DNA of 63,953 nucleotides, filler included, from Stramenopiles sp. TOSAG23-6 (Eukaryota), in the NCBI GenBank assembly GCA_900128565.1. It is 9 parts of 9 records of this genome, joined end to end, with 100 filler letters (N's around TTAATTAATTAA, not from the genome) between each part and the next. Parts side by side here need not be neighbours in the genome. Positions count along the whole stretch, not along the records: positions 26,455 to 35,159 come from LT636420.1; positions 35,260 to 43,958 come from LT636421.1; positions 44,059 to 52,757 come from LT636422.1; 6 more parts are not named here. One strand, written 5' to 3'. Positions 34,599 through 47,705 of the stretch are shown piece by piece. How positions within the stretch are numbered: position 1 is the first letter of the stretch; each line of letters opens with the position of its first letter. Position numbers and translations under genes: made by a program. The notes beneath the pieces were generated by a model. That model did not search any database. It was given only the letters and a program-made list of their open reading frames with translations, and was not told the DNA's origin.

Positions 34599-35100
34599 AT
34601 GCTTCGTCAAAATTTTACAAAGCTTGCTCCTGTTCTTCGTGCATCATCCGTTGAAATTGTAAATAGTGTACAGCTTGCGTCTTTGGGTGAAGCACCAATT
34701 TGGGATAGACGAAGAAATTCTCTTTTATGGGTCGATGTCCTAGGTGCTCAAATCTTTGAGCTTTCTACTAAAGACTCAGTTCTTGATCGTCCTTGGATCG
34801 TTCATGATCTCCAAAAGTACACTCAACATATTACTACTATAGTTCCTGTGTCTGGTTCTTCATCGCAAGTCCTAGTCGGTGTCACCGAAGGATTTGCTCT
34901 ATTCGACTTGGATTCTGGTGAATTTGAAAACCATAAGTCAAACCCGGTACATATAAACTATGCTGCTGGTGAACCAACCCTTGGCGGTGAAGCAATGGCG
35001 CGAATGAATGATGGTAAATGTGATCCAAGTACAGGAATTTTATGGGCTGGATCTCTTGTGCGCGATGGTAATAGAGATATTGTTCCTGGTGCAGGTGCCT
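34599..35100 (+). CDS. SMP-30/regucalcin (gluconolactonase) family, 3' partial
   Basis: LGEAPIWD..LLWVDV and RMNDGKCDP..LWAGS. A family intron starts at 35101. Confidence 0.88.
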
Positions 35101-35259
35101 GTATGTTTTATTTTTTTTCAAATTCGATTTTTTTTTCGTACGAAATTTTGTACCTAACGNNNNNNNNNNNNNNNNNNNNNNNNNNNNNNNNNNNNNNNNN
35201 NNNTTAATTAATTAANNNNNNNNNNNNNNNNNNNNNNNNNNNNNNNNNNNNNNNNNNNN

Positions 35260-38200
35260 TATATATTGTGTAGAATATGCAAAATGTGATTCAAATGAAT
35301 AATCATAAAGACTATCAAAAAACACATTATTGTAGCTACCTTATTATTATTGATACAACATATTCTCTATATTGTGTGAAATATGCAAAATGTGCTTCAA
35401 ATGAATAATCATAAATGCTATAAAAAAACACATCATTGTAACTACCTTGTTATTGATACAACATATTCTCTATATTGTGTGTAATATGCAAAATGTACTT
35501 CAAATGAATAATCATAAAGACTATCAAAAACCACATTATTGTAACTACCTTGTCATTTATACAACATATCGAATATATTATGTACAATATGCAAAATGTT
35601 ATCTAAATGAATAATCATAAATAGTATCAAAAAACACATTGTTGTAGCTACCTTATTATTATTGATACAACATATTCTCTATATTGTGTGGAATATGCGA
35701 AATGTACTTCAAATAAATAATAATAAATACTATCAAAAAACACATCCTTGTAGCTACCTTGTTATTGATACAACATATTCTATAAACTGTGTATAATATG
35801 CAAAATGTACTTTAAATGAATAATCATAAACACTATAAAAAAACACATCATTGTAACTACCTTGTTATTGGTACAACATATCGTATATATTATTTATAAT
35901 ATTCAAAATGTTTTGGAGATTGAATCAGCAGCAGGACTATTGAAAAAAAATCGTTCTAGTTTTTGTTGTAATATATAAAAAATACTTGATACAGTGTGTG
36001 AAATATGCCAAAGATTCTACATATGATTAAACAGTGGTAATCATCTTGGTCTGTGTTTGATGAAATAATTTCTAATAATTCAAAGTACCAGATATGATGT
36101 GTATAATATGACAAAATGAAAAAGAATTATGATACATTGAAAATANAAAAAGATCTTATTTTTNTGAAGTATTCCTTNAAAAAGTGTAAAATACNTCATA
36201 CAANATNTGTAATATGTCGTCTGTTGAAAAATAAATGAATAAACCCTAACAGTAAGATATATTGCATTATGCATATACTNCTTTTTTCAAATGTAAATCA
36301 CTTCACTNCCTCGATTTACTNTGTAAAATATATCATCTTGGATAAAAGTGAATAAATTATGTTTCTCTACAATATTGGATTCTTCTTTAATATTTTAAAT
36401 ACAACCTACTNGATATAGAGTGTTTGATATGTAATTTTTTTACCAATTAGAAATCAGTGACATGAAAGAATGGATATANTGTTTTGCNATTCCTTGNGAG
36501 AAATATAACATACTANATATNATATATACAATATACTAATCAAACTACAAATGAATNAACAATAATTCTAACTAAAGATGGATTATTGTAATTTTGCTTA
36601 CANTGAGTATAAAATGCTNCATATAATGTNTAGAATAAATCAACTATACTAGAAATGAATAAATACTGGTATTATACAAAAATATATGATTGTCATTTTG
36701 CTTGTACTGAATGCAAAATNCTNCATNTATTGTCTAAAATGTATCAACTTAGAAATGAATAAATAATAATACTATTATATGCAATGCTATTGTAATTTTA
36801 CTTTCAATGAATACTGGATANTTTATATAATGTNTACAATATTTCAAANGTNATATCAATTNATTANTATTTCTACAGTGAAAAAGTTAAGGTATTATAG
36901 TTNACTATGAAATAGATAAAACATATGCNACATAATTTGTATCATATGTCAAAATAGTAATACATAAATAATGACATTTTAAAAGGATATATTGCTGTCG
37001 TTTTGATTGCAATGAAAACAAAATGCTCGATATAGTTTCTTTAATATATCAAATGTGTAAAAAATGAACAAAAACATTACAATAAAGTGATATATATTAT
37101 CGTTTTGCTTGTAATGAATACTAAATATGAAATATAGTGCGTTGTATATATCAATTTTATCACAAATAAATACAGAAAAAAATTTCTGTGAAAATGTAAT
37201 TAGTATAATTTTGCCTGTAATGAATAGTGCATATGAGATATAATGCATAAAATATATCAACAATGATGTAAATAAATAAATATCCATCCTACAAATACAT
37301 ATATCTTAATATTAATCATTCAAATGTAAAATACCAAATGAAATATATGATATATATCAACAATGAAATAAATGAATCAGCAGTGTTACTATACATCGGT
37401 GTAACTTTATAATTTTGGTTACAATGAATACAAAATGCTACACATACTTTCTACGATATGCCAATTATACTACAAAATGAATACACATTGATATTATAAA
37501 ATGATACTTTTTTGAAAATCTTTGAGGTGAATTGAAAATACCTAATATAATGTGCACAATATGTCAAATATTTCACAAATAAATCAAAAGTGTCACTAAA
37601 AGCAATTGTAATATTCTTTGAGGTGAATTGAAAATATTTGATGTAATGCGCACAATATGTCTAGTATTCAAGAAATAAATCAACTATGCTACCATAAATA
37701 ATTTTAGTATTGTTTGTAATAAACACAAAATAATCGAGATAATGTTTTCAATATGTCAAAAGATACAAGAAATAAATAAACTATGCTACCATAAATAATT
37801 GTAACATTGTAATAAATACAAAAATACCCCATATAATGTCGCAAATATATCAAATATGCAAGAAATGAATCAACCGTGAGACTACAAATAATTTAAGTAT
37901 TCTTTGTCATAAACTTAAAATATCCAATATAATGCCGCCAATATGTCATTCATACTACAAATAAATAAACAGTGCTACGATAAAGAATTGTAGTATTGTT
38001 TGTTATAAATACAAAATACATCCTATGCACCACATTTCTCTTCCGATAATACGTTTCATATATCAAATATCCAAGAAATGAATTAACAGCAATACAATAG
38101 ATAATTGTAGTAATATCTGCACTCATTAAATAATACAAAAAATGCAAATAATATGTGCCATATATCAACTATAAACTCTATATAAATCAACAGTGATACT

Positions 38201-38610
38201 CAACTATGTATACTATAGTAGTAACTTTGGCAATAAAAAGAAAATACCCGAAATAATATGTGCCATATGTCAAGTATGAAATATTGATAAATCAACAGTG
38301 ATACTAAGTATGTATACTATTGTAGAGACGTTTGCAATAAATAGAAAATACATGAAATAATATGTGCCATATGTCAAATATGAAATATTTATAAATCAAC
38401 AGTAATACTCAAGTAGGTATAGTAGGGGTGTTTGTAATGAATGAAAAATACCCAAAGTAATAAGTGACATATATCAAATCTAAACTATACATAAATCAAC
38501 AATGGTACTCAACTAGGTATATTATAGTAGTAATATCGATAATAAATAGAAAATACCCAAAGTAATATGTACCATATGTCAAATATGAACTATATAAATC
38601 AACAATGATA
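35260..38610. repeat. AT-rich tandem satellite, unit about 103-106 bp
   Basis: AATATGCAAAATGT or close variants recur at 35274, 35380, 35483, 35586, 35692, 35795 and 35898. Diverged units with similar spacing continue to about 38600 (ATATGTGCCATAT at about 38151, 38256, 38360). Confidence 0.85.
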
Positions 38611-40039
38611 CTTTACGCAAGTGTACTAGTTTTGTACAAATCATTGGATTCTGGACTGTTGTTGTTTTGGTTGTCTTTTCCCCATGAAATTTAGGTACGA
38701 AAACAAGTCTGGAATCCAATGATACGTACAACACTATATGTAGTATTATAATGTGTAAAAAATACGTAGTTTCACCTCGGCCTTTACCAAGCACTGCAAA
38801 TACGATAGCAAGAGAGAGAATTTTGATGTTTACCATTTTGATGCTTACCACTTTTCTGTTGTACGTATTTGTATATTTCAAGGATTTTATTTGTTAGTAA
38901 ACATGCATAATATTATATTGTTTGATATCTTCAAGGTAGAGTGTGGGTGGGGTGGGGGTGGGACACTTGACAAATTCAAAATTGGATCTGTATCAATGTT
39001 CGTATCCAACAAATTTCGAATTTGCAAAGTGTCTCTCCGTATGCATTCAAGGTTTTTGTATAGTTTTGTCAACGTCATACTTTGCATGGTTAGATATAGG
39101 AAGCAAGTGACACTCCAAAGTTCTTCAAATTTAAAATCTGTCTTCTACACCAACATTTCAGCCATAATTTATGGTATACTATTAATTTTCAAGTATTTAC
39201 ACTTTATGCACGACCTATAATGACTATATTTGAAGTTCTAACGCTACATCCATTGCTGGTAGTTAAAAAGATTCATACCATTTTTGCGTCATTATCAGGT
39301 ATTAGGTGTATGACAATAATGCGTAGGGAATCCGGTTCACACACAACACTAGATATAGCTTACGTAATTTCCAAGAGAATTGGTTAAAAATCAGCTCTTC
39401 TTCATAAATTTATCGTGTCTAGTGTTTTCTTTTTAATTTTGAACGCTCAAATTTCTTGTCACCTATATCGTCTTTATATCATATTTTGGAATCATGACTT
39501 CAAGGTCGTCTTCCTACGTTGAAGTGTTTTCTACCTTTTGACAACATTACATTATTATTTCGCCGAATGTAGCGTATTTCTCTCACAGTTTTACGTCTTC
39601 AAGGTTTAGTGGCATTTTAACGTATGTTTCTCATGGACTTGAATTTTTACGTTTTCCTAAGAAAACTTGTCTATATGAAGCATCAGTCGTATAGATAACT
39701 ATACACACTTTCGCTTACATGACCAATAATGACAAATTGTCATTGGAGTTGGGAAATAATGTGTATAATGAGTATTACTTACCTTTGCTTTGAGTTTTCG
39801 GTTTAAATTGTAAAACTTTGAACTGTTCTCTTTTCGAAATTTCGAATCCAAAATTTAAGATCCGTACGTTACTTTGAATGAGAACACGAAATCATGTCAT
39901 TATTTAAATTTCGAGTTTTACTTTTCGGTTCTGTGCTGGGAGAACTAAAGAAAAAATTAATTTGCACAAACATGTTTGGTGTCATTCCCGCCAATTTGCA
40001 CTATATATTTTCACTTTTCTAATAACTTCAAGTATAAAC

Positions 40040-40546
40040 ATGGCAGGTTCACCTAAAAAATCCAAGGCCGCTAGGCCGACGACCAAGGCAATGGTCACCG
40101 CTGCTATCAAAGCTATCGGTGGTCGTAAGGGCGCATCTCTTGCTGCAATTAAGAAGCACATTGCAGCTGAATTTCGTAAGCACAAAGTTGCTGCTCATAG
40201 CATTCGCAAAGCTCTTTCAACAGGTTGCAATGGTGGACTCTTTGCTATTCACCATACTCGCAAAGGTTCTTACAAAATGGGCGCTGCAAAGAAAGCTGCT
40301 CCTAAACGCCGTAAAGCTGCAAAACGACGTGCTGCTCCTAAGCGACGTAAAAAGGTAACCAAGAAGCGTGCAGCACCAAAACGTCGTCGCGCTGCAACCA
40401 AACGTAGAAAGGCTACCAAGAAGAAACGAACCGCAACCAAAAAGAAACGCAAGACCACCACGAAGCGCCGCAAGGCTGCAAAGAAGCGTAGTACTACAAA
40501 ACGACGCAAGGCTGCAAAGAAACGCAAGTCATCCAAGAAAAAATAA
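40040..40546 (+). CDS. Linker histone H1
   Basis: Winged-helix-like PTTKAMVTAAIKAIGGRKGASLAAIKKHI...KGSYKM followed by a K/R/A-rich tail. Confidence 0.92.
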   Translation: MAGSPKKSKAARPTTKAMVTAAIKAIGGRKGASLAAIKKHIAAEFRKHKVAAHSIRKALSTGCNGGLFAIHHTRKGSYKMGAAKKAAPKRRKAAKRRAAPKRRKKVTKKRAAPKRRRAATKRRKATKKKRTATKKKRKTTTKRRKAAKKRSTTKRRKAAKKRKSSKKK

Positions 40547-41318
40547 ACTTTTTTTTTTTTTTCTCATTCAATTCATTGCTCTCAAAAAGAGAGTAAAAAG
40601 GTATTAATTAAATACCGCCCCCAACACGAAATGCATCTTTTTCAAAATGATATAGAATATGCCACAATTTGTTATTATTATATATATATTTATAAATGAT
40701 TTGCTATTAATATTAGTTATTGTAAAGGTTTGTTTTTTTATGTATTGCAGAAAATAATTCAACTTTTTTTTTTTTTTTTTTTCAAAATTTGTACCATTTT
40801 TTTGTACCAATTTTCAATTTAAATTCTTATGTTTCGGTTATATTTTTAATTTTTTTGTTTAGTACGGAAATGTATTACTAAATACGTCGAGTATGAAAGT
40901 GTCAGTATTATATGATGTTGGTACCACTAAGTACTATATAACAAAGGAGTTGTTTGTAGAGGGTTTTCAAATTTTGGAAATTTCAATTTTTTTTTCAAGA
41001 AATCAAATTTTGATGATTTTGTCGAGATTTTGATTTTGAGATTTTGATTTGATTTTTCCTCCTCCTCCTCCTCCTTCACACACAAAACAAAACAAAAGAA
41101 TTTCTCTCTATTTATTTCTTCTCTCAAAGGCTCAAAGTACAAAAGAGATGCGTAGTGAGTGTTATTACATGTTATTAATTCATTGAAGAGTTAAATTAAG
41201 TACTGAAAGACTATCGAATAGAACTTGAGATTTTATTTTGAAAGAATAAATTTGTACGAGACTTTTGAGATTTAGAAAAAGAAGATTACTTTTTCTTAAT
41301 TATTGGGCAAAACTGAAA

Positions 41319-43022
41319 ATGACTCTTACGCGGGATCAGCAGCTCGCAGTGTGGATAGCAAATGGTCGTAAGAAAAAAGTTCCTTGTACATCAAAAGCAA
41401 AATCTAAAGAAAACGTCAATATTTCTCGAGAAACGTTACATACGATAAACTCAAAGTCAGCTTCAAGTTTTAGTTCTATACAATCTACGTCAAAGAATTG
41501 TGTAAAGTCTGCTAGAAATATTGTTGCTCAAAAACCGAGAAGAGTTCTTCAAGGTGTACGAACAGGTAAGTTGCGTCGTACTACTCTTGGAATGCATGCG
41601 GTCCGTTCACAATGTGTTGTATCACATAATGATGATAAAAAGATAACTACTAAAAGGTCAATTATAAAGAAACAGAAAAGAGAAATTGAGAAAAATAATT
41701 ACCCTAAAAATACTCACTGTACACATGAAACAAAACATTCTTCAAATATTTCGTATTCCACATTAAAAATTCATAAAACAAAACTGGGCTCAGGTCCCAT
41801 TCGGATAGCATGTAAAGATAATAATAATAATAATTATCTAAATACAAAATTTGAAAACCAACATTTTAATTTAGAAAATGCGAAAAACATACAAAATTTA
41901 GAAAAGACGAAAAACACACGAAATTGGACACTTTCAGATTTTTCAATTGGTCGAGCCATTGGTAAAGGTAAATTTGGAAATGTGTATGTGGCAAAGGAAA
42001 AAAATAGTACTTGTCATGTTGCATTTAAAGTATTATTTAAGAGTCAGTTATATCAATCACATAAGAAAAGTCTCAACTACAATTTATCCAATCAAAAAAA
42101 AAATCAAAATAATAGAAACCCTAACCCTAGCTCATCGACAACATCAGGAATTGAAATATTAAAACGTGAAGTTGAAATTCATTCACGTTTAATACACAAA
42201 AATATAGTTCGAATGTTTGGATATTTCCATGATCCAACTTGTGTTTATCTTATATTAGAATTTTCAAATTTCGGAAACGTTTTAGATCTCATGAAAAAAC
42301 AAAAATTTGGTCATTTTTCTGAAGATTTTGCTTTACAATTTTTTCTAGATTGTGCGTTAGCTATAAAACATTCTCATCATAGACACGTTGCACATAGAGA
42401 TCTAAAACCGGAGAATATTTTAGTATTTCATAACGATAATAATTCACATGAAAAAAATACAAATTTAATTTCATTACAAAATGTACAATTAAAAATTTGT
42501 GATTTTGGTTGGTCTACAATTTTAAATAAAAATCTAAACCAAAAAAGTAATACCATTTGTGGAACACCTGCTTATTTAAGTCCTGAAATGGTTCTTGGTC
42601 AATCTCACGTACGTTTTTATCCTTTTGAATTTCAAATTTATATTTTTCGTACTACAATTTCATACCTAACATCAAATCATCATTCATTTCATTTTTTTTT
42701 TTTTTCGTACTACAATTTCATACCTAATACCTAATATTGAATAAATGTATATATATATCTTTACAATGTGTAGGATTGTGATGTTGATTTATGGAGTCTT
42801 GGTGTTTTATTGTATGAATTTAGTACAGGAATGACTCCTTTTTATGACAGGAATGTTCCAAAAATGTATGAAAATATCACAAAATTAAAAATTGATTTTT
42901 CAGGCATTGATAAAAATATTCAAAAAATACTTTCGAATTTGTTAATTTATAAAGATGATGTACGATCGTCTGCAGCACAGATTGTGGAAAATATTGAAAC
43001 AATTCTTTCAACAAAAAAATAA
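41319..43022 (+). CDS. Aurora-like Ser/Thr kinase; GT-AG intron 42609-42773
   Basis: WTLSDFSIGRAIGKGKFGNVY, REVEIHSRLIHKNI, HRDLKPEN, DFGWS, TICGTPAYLSPEM; splice gives SH-DCDVDLWSLG. Confidence 0.92.
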
Positions 43023-43119
43023 ATAAAGAATTTTTTTTTTTTTTTTTTAGTTTAAAAATTTTGTATGAAAAAAAAAAAAAAAAAAAATTTTTTTTTACTA
43101 TGAAAATTTTGTTATAATT

Positions 43120-43873
43120 TTAATAAATTAATTTAAAACAAACATGATTACTTGCTTCAACTGCTGTAATTCGTTCCTCTGGTTTATACCGTAACAATTG
43201 ATCTAACAAATCTATAGTTTCTTTATGTACATTGTTCCAAATTTCAGTTTTATCATTTACAATTTTTTTTTGCACGAAATCATGAAAAATATGTTCTTTG
43301 TTATTTTCATCATCAAATTCAGTATACACGAAATCCATTGGTTTAAATGGCATTTTCCCTCGAAGTAACATATAAAAGACAACTCCAATACTCCACATAT
43401 CTGCTTGTAAACCATATCCTTGACCAATAACTACCTCGGGTGCAACATAACCATGTTTTATTTGAAAAATATTTTTTTTTTTTGGTAAAATTTGATTTTT
43501 TTTTTTTTNTTAGGTATGAAATTTTTTTACGAAAAAAAAAAAAAAAAAAAAAATCATAAATTTGAAATTCATAATGAAAACAAACATGACTTCCAAGAGG
43601 AATGATGAGTGATCTACGCCCTGATCTACTTTGACTTGAAGGTGCAACTAAAGTTGAGAATCCAAAATCAATTAATTTTATCGCCAATTTTTTTCTCATT
43701 ATTTTTTTAAATTTTACATTTTTTTCAAAATTTTCAAAATTTTCAAAATTTTCTTTTTGTGTTTGCATAAATAATATATTATCTGCTTTAATATCTCTAT
43801 GTGTTATACCTTTTACATGTAAATATTTAACTGCTTCAATAAGACATTTGATAATACATAATGATTCAAATTC
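43120..43873 (-). CDS. Ser/Thr protein kinase (CAMK-like), C-terminal part; intron 43453-43585
   Basis: YLHVKGITHRDIKADNIL, KLIDFG, GSH-GYVAPEV, DMWSIGVV, ERITA. Confidence 0.9.
43453..43585 (-). mobile_element. Introner-like GT-AT intron
   Basis: CAT|GTTTGT...AAATAAAACAT|GGT restores kinase subdomain VIII GSH-GYVAPE. Confidence 0.85.
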
Positions 43874-44091
43874 ATATATTTTTGAAAAATATTTGAAAAA
43901 AAAAAAAAAAAATTCGTTAGGTACAAAATTTCCTATAAAAAAAAAAAAAAAAAAAAAANNNNNNNNNNNNNNNNNNNNNNNNNNNNNNNNNNNNNNNNNN
44001 NNTTAATTAATTAANNNNNNNNNNNNNNNNNNNNNNNNNNNNNNNNNNNNNNNNNNNNGAAATTTGTTAGGTACAAAATTTTTATAAAAAC

Positions 44092-44131
<40 letters not shown>

Positions 44132-44144
44132 TTTAAAAAAAAAA

Positions 44145-44193
<49 letters not shown>

Positions 44194-44224
44194 AATTTTT
44201 TTGTAAAAAAAAAATAAAACATAC

Positions 44225-46129
44225 ATAATATTTAAAAAATTTGGATTTTCAACAGTCGCTGTTGTTGCTGAATTTGAAGCACTTGCGGAAACCACGGGAA
44301 TATTCCCAGCATCTACAGAAACACCATCACCACTGACAGGCATTGGTGTTACAAGAACACTTGAACTCTCCCCACCAACAAGCTTTTGCTTCTTTGCTGC
44401 AGGTGGATTTGTGTCTCCATCAGCTGTGGCGGTTCCTGCGTGTATGACACCATTTGTCTGCTGCTGTTGCTGCATCGATGCCATTTGTTGTTGGATTTGT
44501 AAGAACATATTCATTTGGTTTTGTTGTTGTAATTCACGNATCTGATCCAGTAACGCTGCGGCTTGTGCGGAATCCATATTGTCTGGAATATTCATTGAAT
44601 TTGGCATAACTGGCATAAGGGATCCAAGCATCGGATTCATGAGACTTCCCATCATTAATCCTGTATTATTTATATCAAGTAAACCTGGCATTGCACTAAA
44701 ATTTCCCATCGCGTCTATCTCACCTTGTGCTTTTTTTGTGCGTCTTTTTTTACTCTTAGATTCTTTTTTTTTGGATCGTTTTTTCGGAGATTTTTGAGTT
44801 TTGGTTTTTGGTTTTGGTGATTTTTTAGTCTTTGCTTTCTTCACTTTTTTTGTACTTGATAAAAGTTGTACATGTTTTAATAAGTCAATCGATATTTCTT
44901 CACCTAACATTTCAGGCAAACCTAATTCTACGGGATTGGCGTTTCCTATTTTCCGTCCTTCGGCAGAGTCTCCATTCAATTTTCGTTGCGCGGCGTTTTC
45001 TTTTAATCCTTGTAACTGCTGATGAATCATAGCAGCGACTTCTTCTTGACCATCAACACCTGACTTTGCTTCATTCTTTGCCATTTTTTTATATCTTCTT
45101 TGAATACGACGAATAGTTGAATAATACCGATTTTTAATGGCATGTATTTTGGAAAAATATTTCAAAAAAAANTCTAAAAAATTTGTTAGGTACAAATTTT
45201 CGTACGAAAAATAAATTCGATTTTTTTTTTTTTACCGAAAAAAAAATAATAAAACGTACATTGTCGGTGCGACCAGGTAAAAACTTGGCGATTTCAGCCC
45301 ATTGGTTTCCTAGCCGTTTGTGATACTCAAAGATTAAATAATCCTCATCTTTTGACCAGGAGCCTTTTCGAACCTGTGGGGAAAGATGATTATGCCAACG
45401 TTCTCTACATTGTTTACCAACGCGACCAGGTAGTTGCTGAGCAATAAGAGACCATCTCTTTGGGCCATACACTCGAACTAATTCAATAAGCTTCGCATTT
45501 TCCTGTGCTGTAAAAATATATTTTAGCGAGTCAATCATTTTAGTATTTCATTGTAGTGTTTCATTGCAGATGGTCTAGTATATAATCTTTTAAGAAAAAC
45601 AAATAGAAAAAGAGTCTCGGAAACTCAGAAGGAAGGAAAGAAAGAACATTTGTCCTGTTGAATTGAAGGGANTTTTTTTTCTTGTGTGGTACTTTGTACT
45701 CATNAGAACAGTACAGTACACACAACAGATGTACACAATAATGATAAATGTGCTATGGAATATATCACATATACACATGAAAACGGAAGAGAAAAGAANA
45801 AACAAAGACACTCGCCGTCGGTAGGGGGAAAAAGTATGGAGGAGGAGCATGAGAGAAAAAAAAATGTTCACCCGAGGAGAAGAAGCGAAACTCTTTNTAC
45901 GAAATAATCTTACAATATGATATATTACATAATGAAAACGTACATCTGCAGACCAAAATCGTTTCGACATTGCTGTATCATCATTCTTTTGTATATCGGT
46001 AGATAACAGAGCTGCCTGAGCTGAAGCTGGAACACGATTCAAGTCTGTGTCTTCATCTTCTCTTGAATCAGCTACTAATGGTACTAATGTAACAGACGAC
46101 GGCGTGGCCAAATCGGCCTTGGCCGCCAT
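44225..46129 (-). CDS. Myb-domain transcription factor, 3' partial; introns 45503-45943 (GT-AG) and 45142-45259 (GT-AT)
   Basis: [68 protein letters not shown]. Confidence 0.93.
45142..45259 (-). mobile_element. Introner-like GT-AT intron
   Basis: AAT|GTACGT...CCAAAATACAT|GCC restores the highly conserved Myb motif GRTDN-AIKN. No AG lies near the 3' end. Confidence 0.9.
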
Positions 46130-46512
46130 TGCCAGGACTCTTGGTGATGGAGGCGTTGTAAAAACCTTGAGGTAGAAAGGTGCGATTGGAGCACCTAGGA
46201 TTCGCTAAAATATATTTTTACAGCACAGGAAACACGCAAAGCAGCAACAGCGATCGGTTATTTCTTTCGAGAGAGATTTTCCAGATTTTTTTCGTACTTA
46301 ATTGGTACGGATAAAAGTAACTTACATGAAACCGATCCGTCGTTCAAGCAGGTTCAATTTTCAACGTCGAATAACCCTAACCCTAGCTTTTTATCAAGAC
46401 GCGAGTATAGTCGCAGTGTCTCGCTCGATTTTTAGATTATTATTTCTGCGAAACACATTCAATTATACCTTAGTATACCTTGGGTATTTACAAGTGTTTT
46501 TTTCTGTTTATA

Positions 46513-47468
46513 ATGGTGTTTTCTGGAATTGTTGAGTGCCAAGGAACAATTTTAAGTTGCGAGACAAGTTCTACAGTAAAACTTTGGGACGGATCAGTAG
46601 GAGAAGGTACTGTCCTTAGAGTAGAAAGCATCGGATTCTTTGAAGACGCAACACTTGGGTGTAGTATTGCAGTGAATGGTGTATGCCTTACCGTCGTTGA
46701 ATGGACAAATGATTATGCTGTGTTCAATATTGCACCCGAGACGTGCAATCGTACAAACATAAACACTGCTGAAATGAAATCTGGTGATTTCGTGAACTTG
46801 GAACGTAGTTTATTGAGTAATTCACGAAATAGCGGTCACTATGTTCAGGGTCATGTTGACGGAGTGGGTGAAATTATCTCTAAAGTGAAAGATAAAGATT
46901 CTCTTCTTTGTACAATCCGTGTTTCAGAAAATATATTGTCTGGTATAGTTCCTAAAGGATGCATCTGTGTCGATGGTGTTAGTCTAACAGTCATCGATGT
47001 GAATAGACAATTGAGATTTTTTACTTTCATGTATGTTTTATTATTTTTTTTCAATTTCGAATTTATTTTTCATACGAAATTTTGTACCTAACAAAAAAAT
47101 TTACCAAAAAAAAATATTTTCCTACAATACATGCTTGTATCCCACACTCAGACTATGGTTACCTTACCTAAAAAGGACGTAGGGAAAAACGTAAACATCG
47201 AAGTTGATGTAATGGGAAAATACGCAATAGCACGTAATGTAAGAATAGAACAATCTTTGAAAAATATTGAACGGCATGTATGTTTTATGTTTTTTTTAAA
47301 CAAAAAATCGATTTTTTTTTCGTACGAAATTTTGTACCTAACAAATTTAAGTTTTTTTTTTCAAAATATTTTTTCAAAATATATATTTCATTTCTCTATA
47401 TAGGTTTTTTTGGGGTTTTAACCCTGTCGATTTTGCTTTTAAAAAACAGTGCAAAAAAAAATAAATGA
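46513..47468 (+). CDS. Riboflavin synthase with C-terminal hydrophobic tail; introns 47031-47132, 47278-47384
   Basis: MVFSGIVE, SIAVNGVCLTV, VNLERS, GHYVQGHVDG, VDGVSLTV, VNIEVD. Confidence 0.93.
47031..47132 (+). mobile_element. Introner-like GT-AT intron
   Basis: TTCAT|GTATGT...CTACAATACAT|GCTT gives FTFM-LVSHTQ. The next AG downstream would shift the frame. Confidence 0.88.
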
Positions 47469-47705
47469 TTTTGAATACTGTTTTATTTATATACTACATC
47501 ATATGTATTTTGTTTTTTTTGTTTTTTTTGTTTTCCTCCAGGGTTGGTCATACTTTCATACTACTTGGTAAGAACATTCCAATATATTCTTGATTATATT
47601 CATCTTCAAAATTTTCGTACGAAATGTTGTACCTAACTCAAAAAAAAAAATCAATGATTTTTTTTTTTTTTTTCACACGTTTTTTTTGTTTTCCTCCAGG
47701 GTTGG

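Noticed and set aside
35260-35920. CRISPR-like array
   Set aside because: Whole units are homologous, there are no unique spacers, and the context is eukaryotic.
45142-45259. Reading the introns as U12-type AT-AC (shifted 2 nt)
   Set aside because: Possible only where the exon ends in AT. Copies preceded by GGT (8186), CCG (32396), AAA (32162), GAA (1085) or CCT (35101) and copies ending TAT do not fit, and the U12 motifs ATCCTT and TCCTTAAC are absent.
27361-47468. NADAR and riboflavin synthase as a flavin gene cluster
   Set aside because: They lie on different concatenated contigs.
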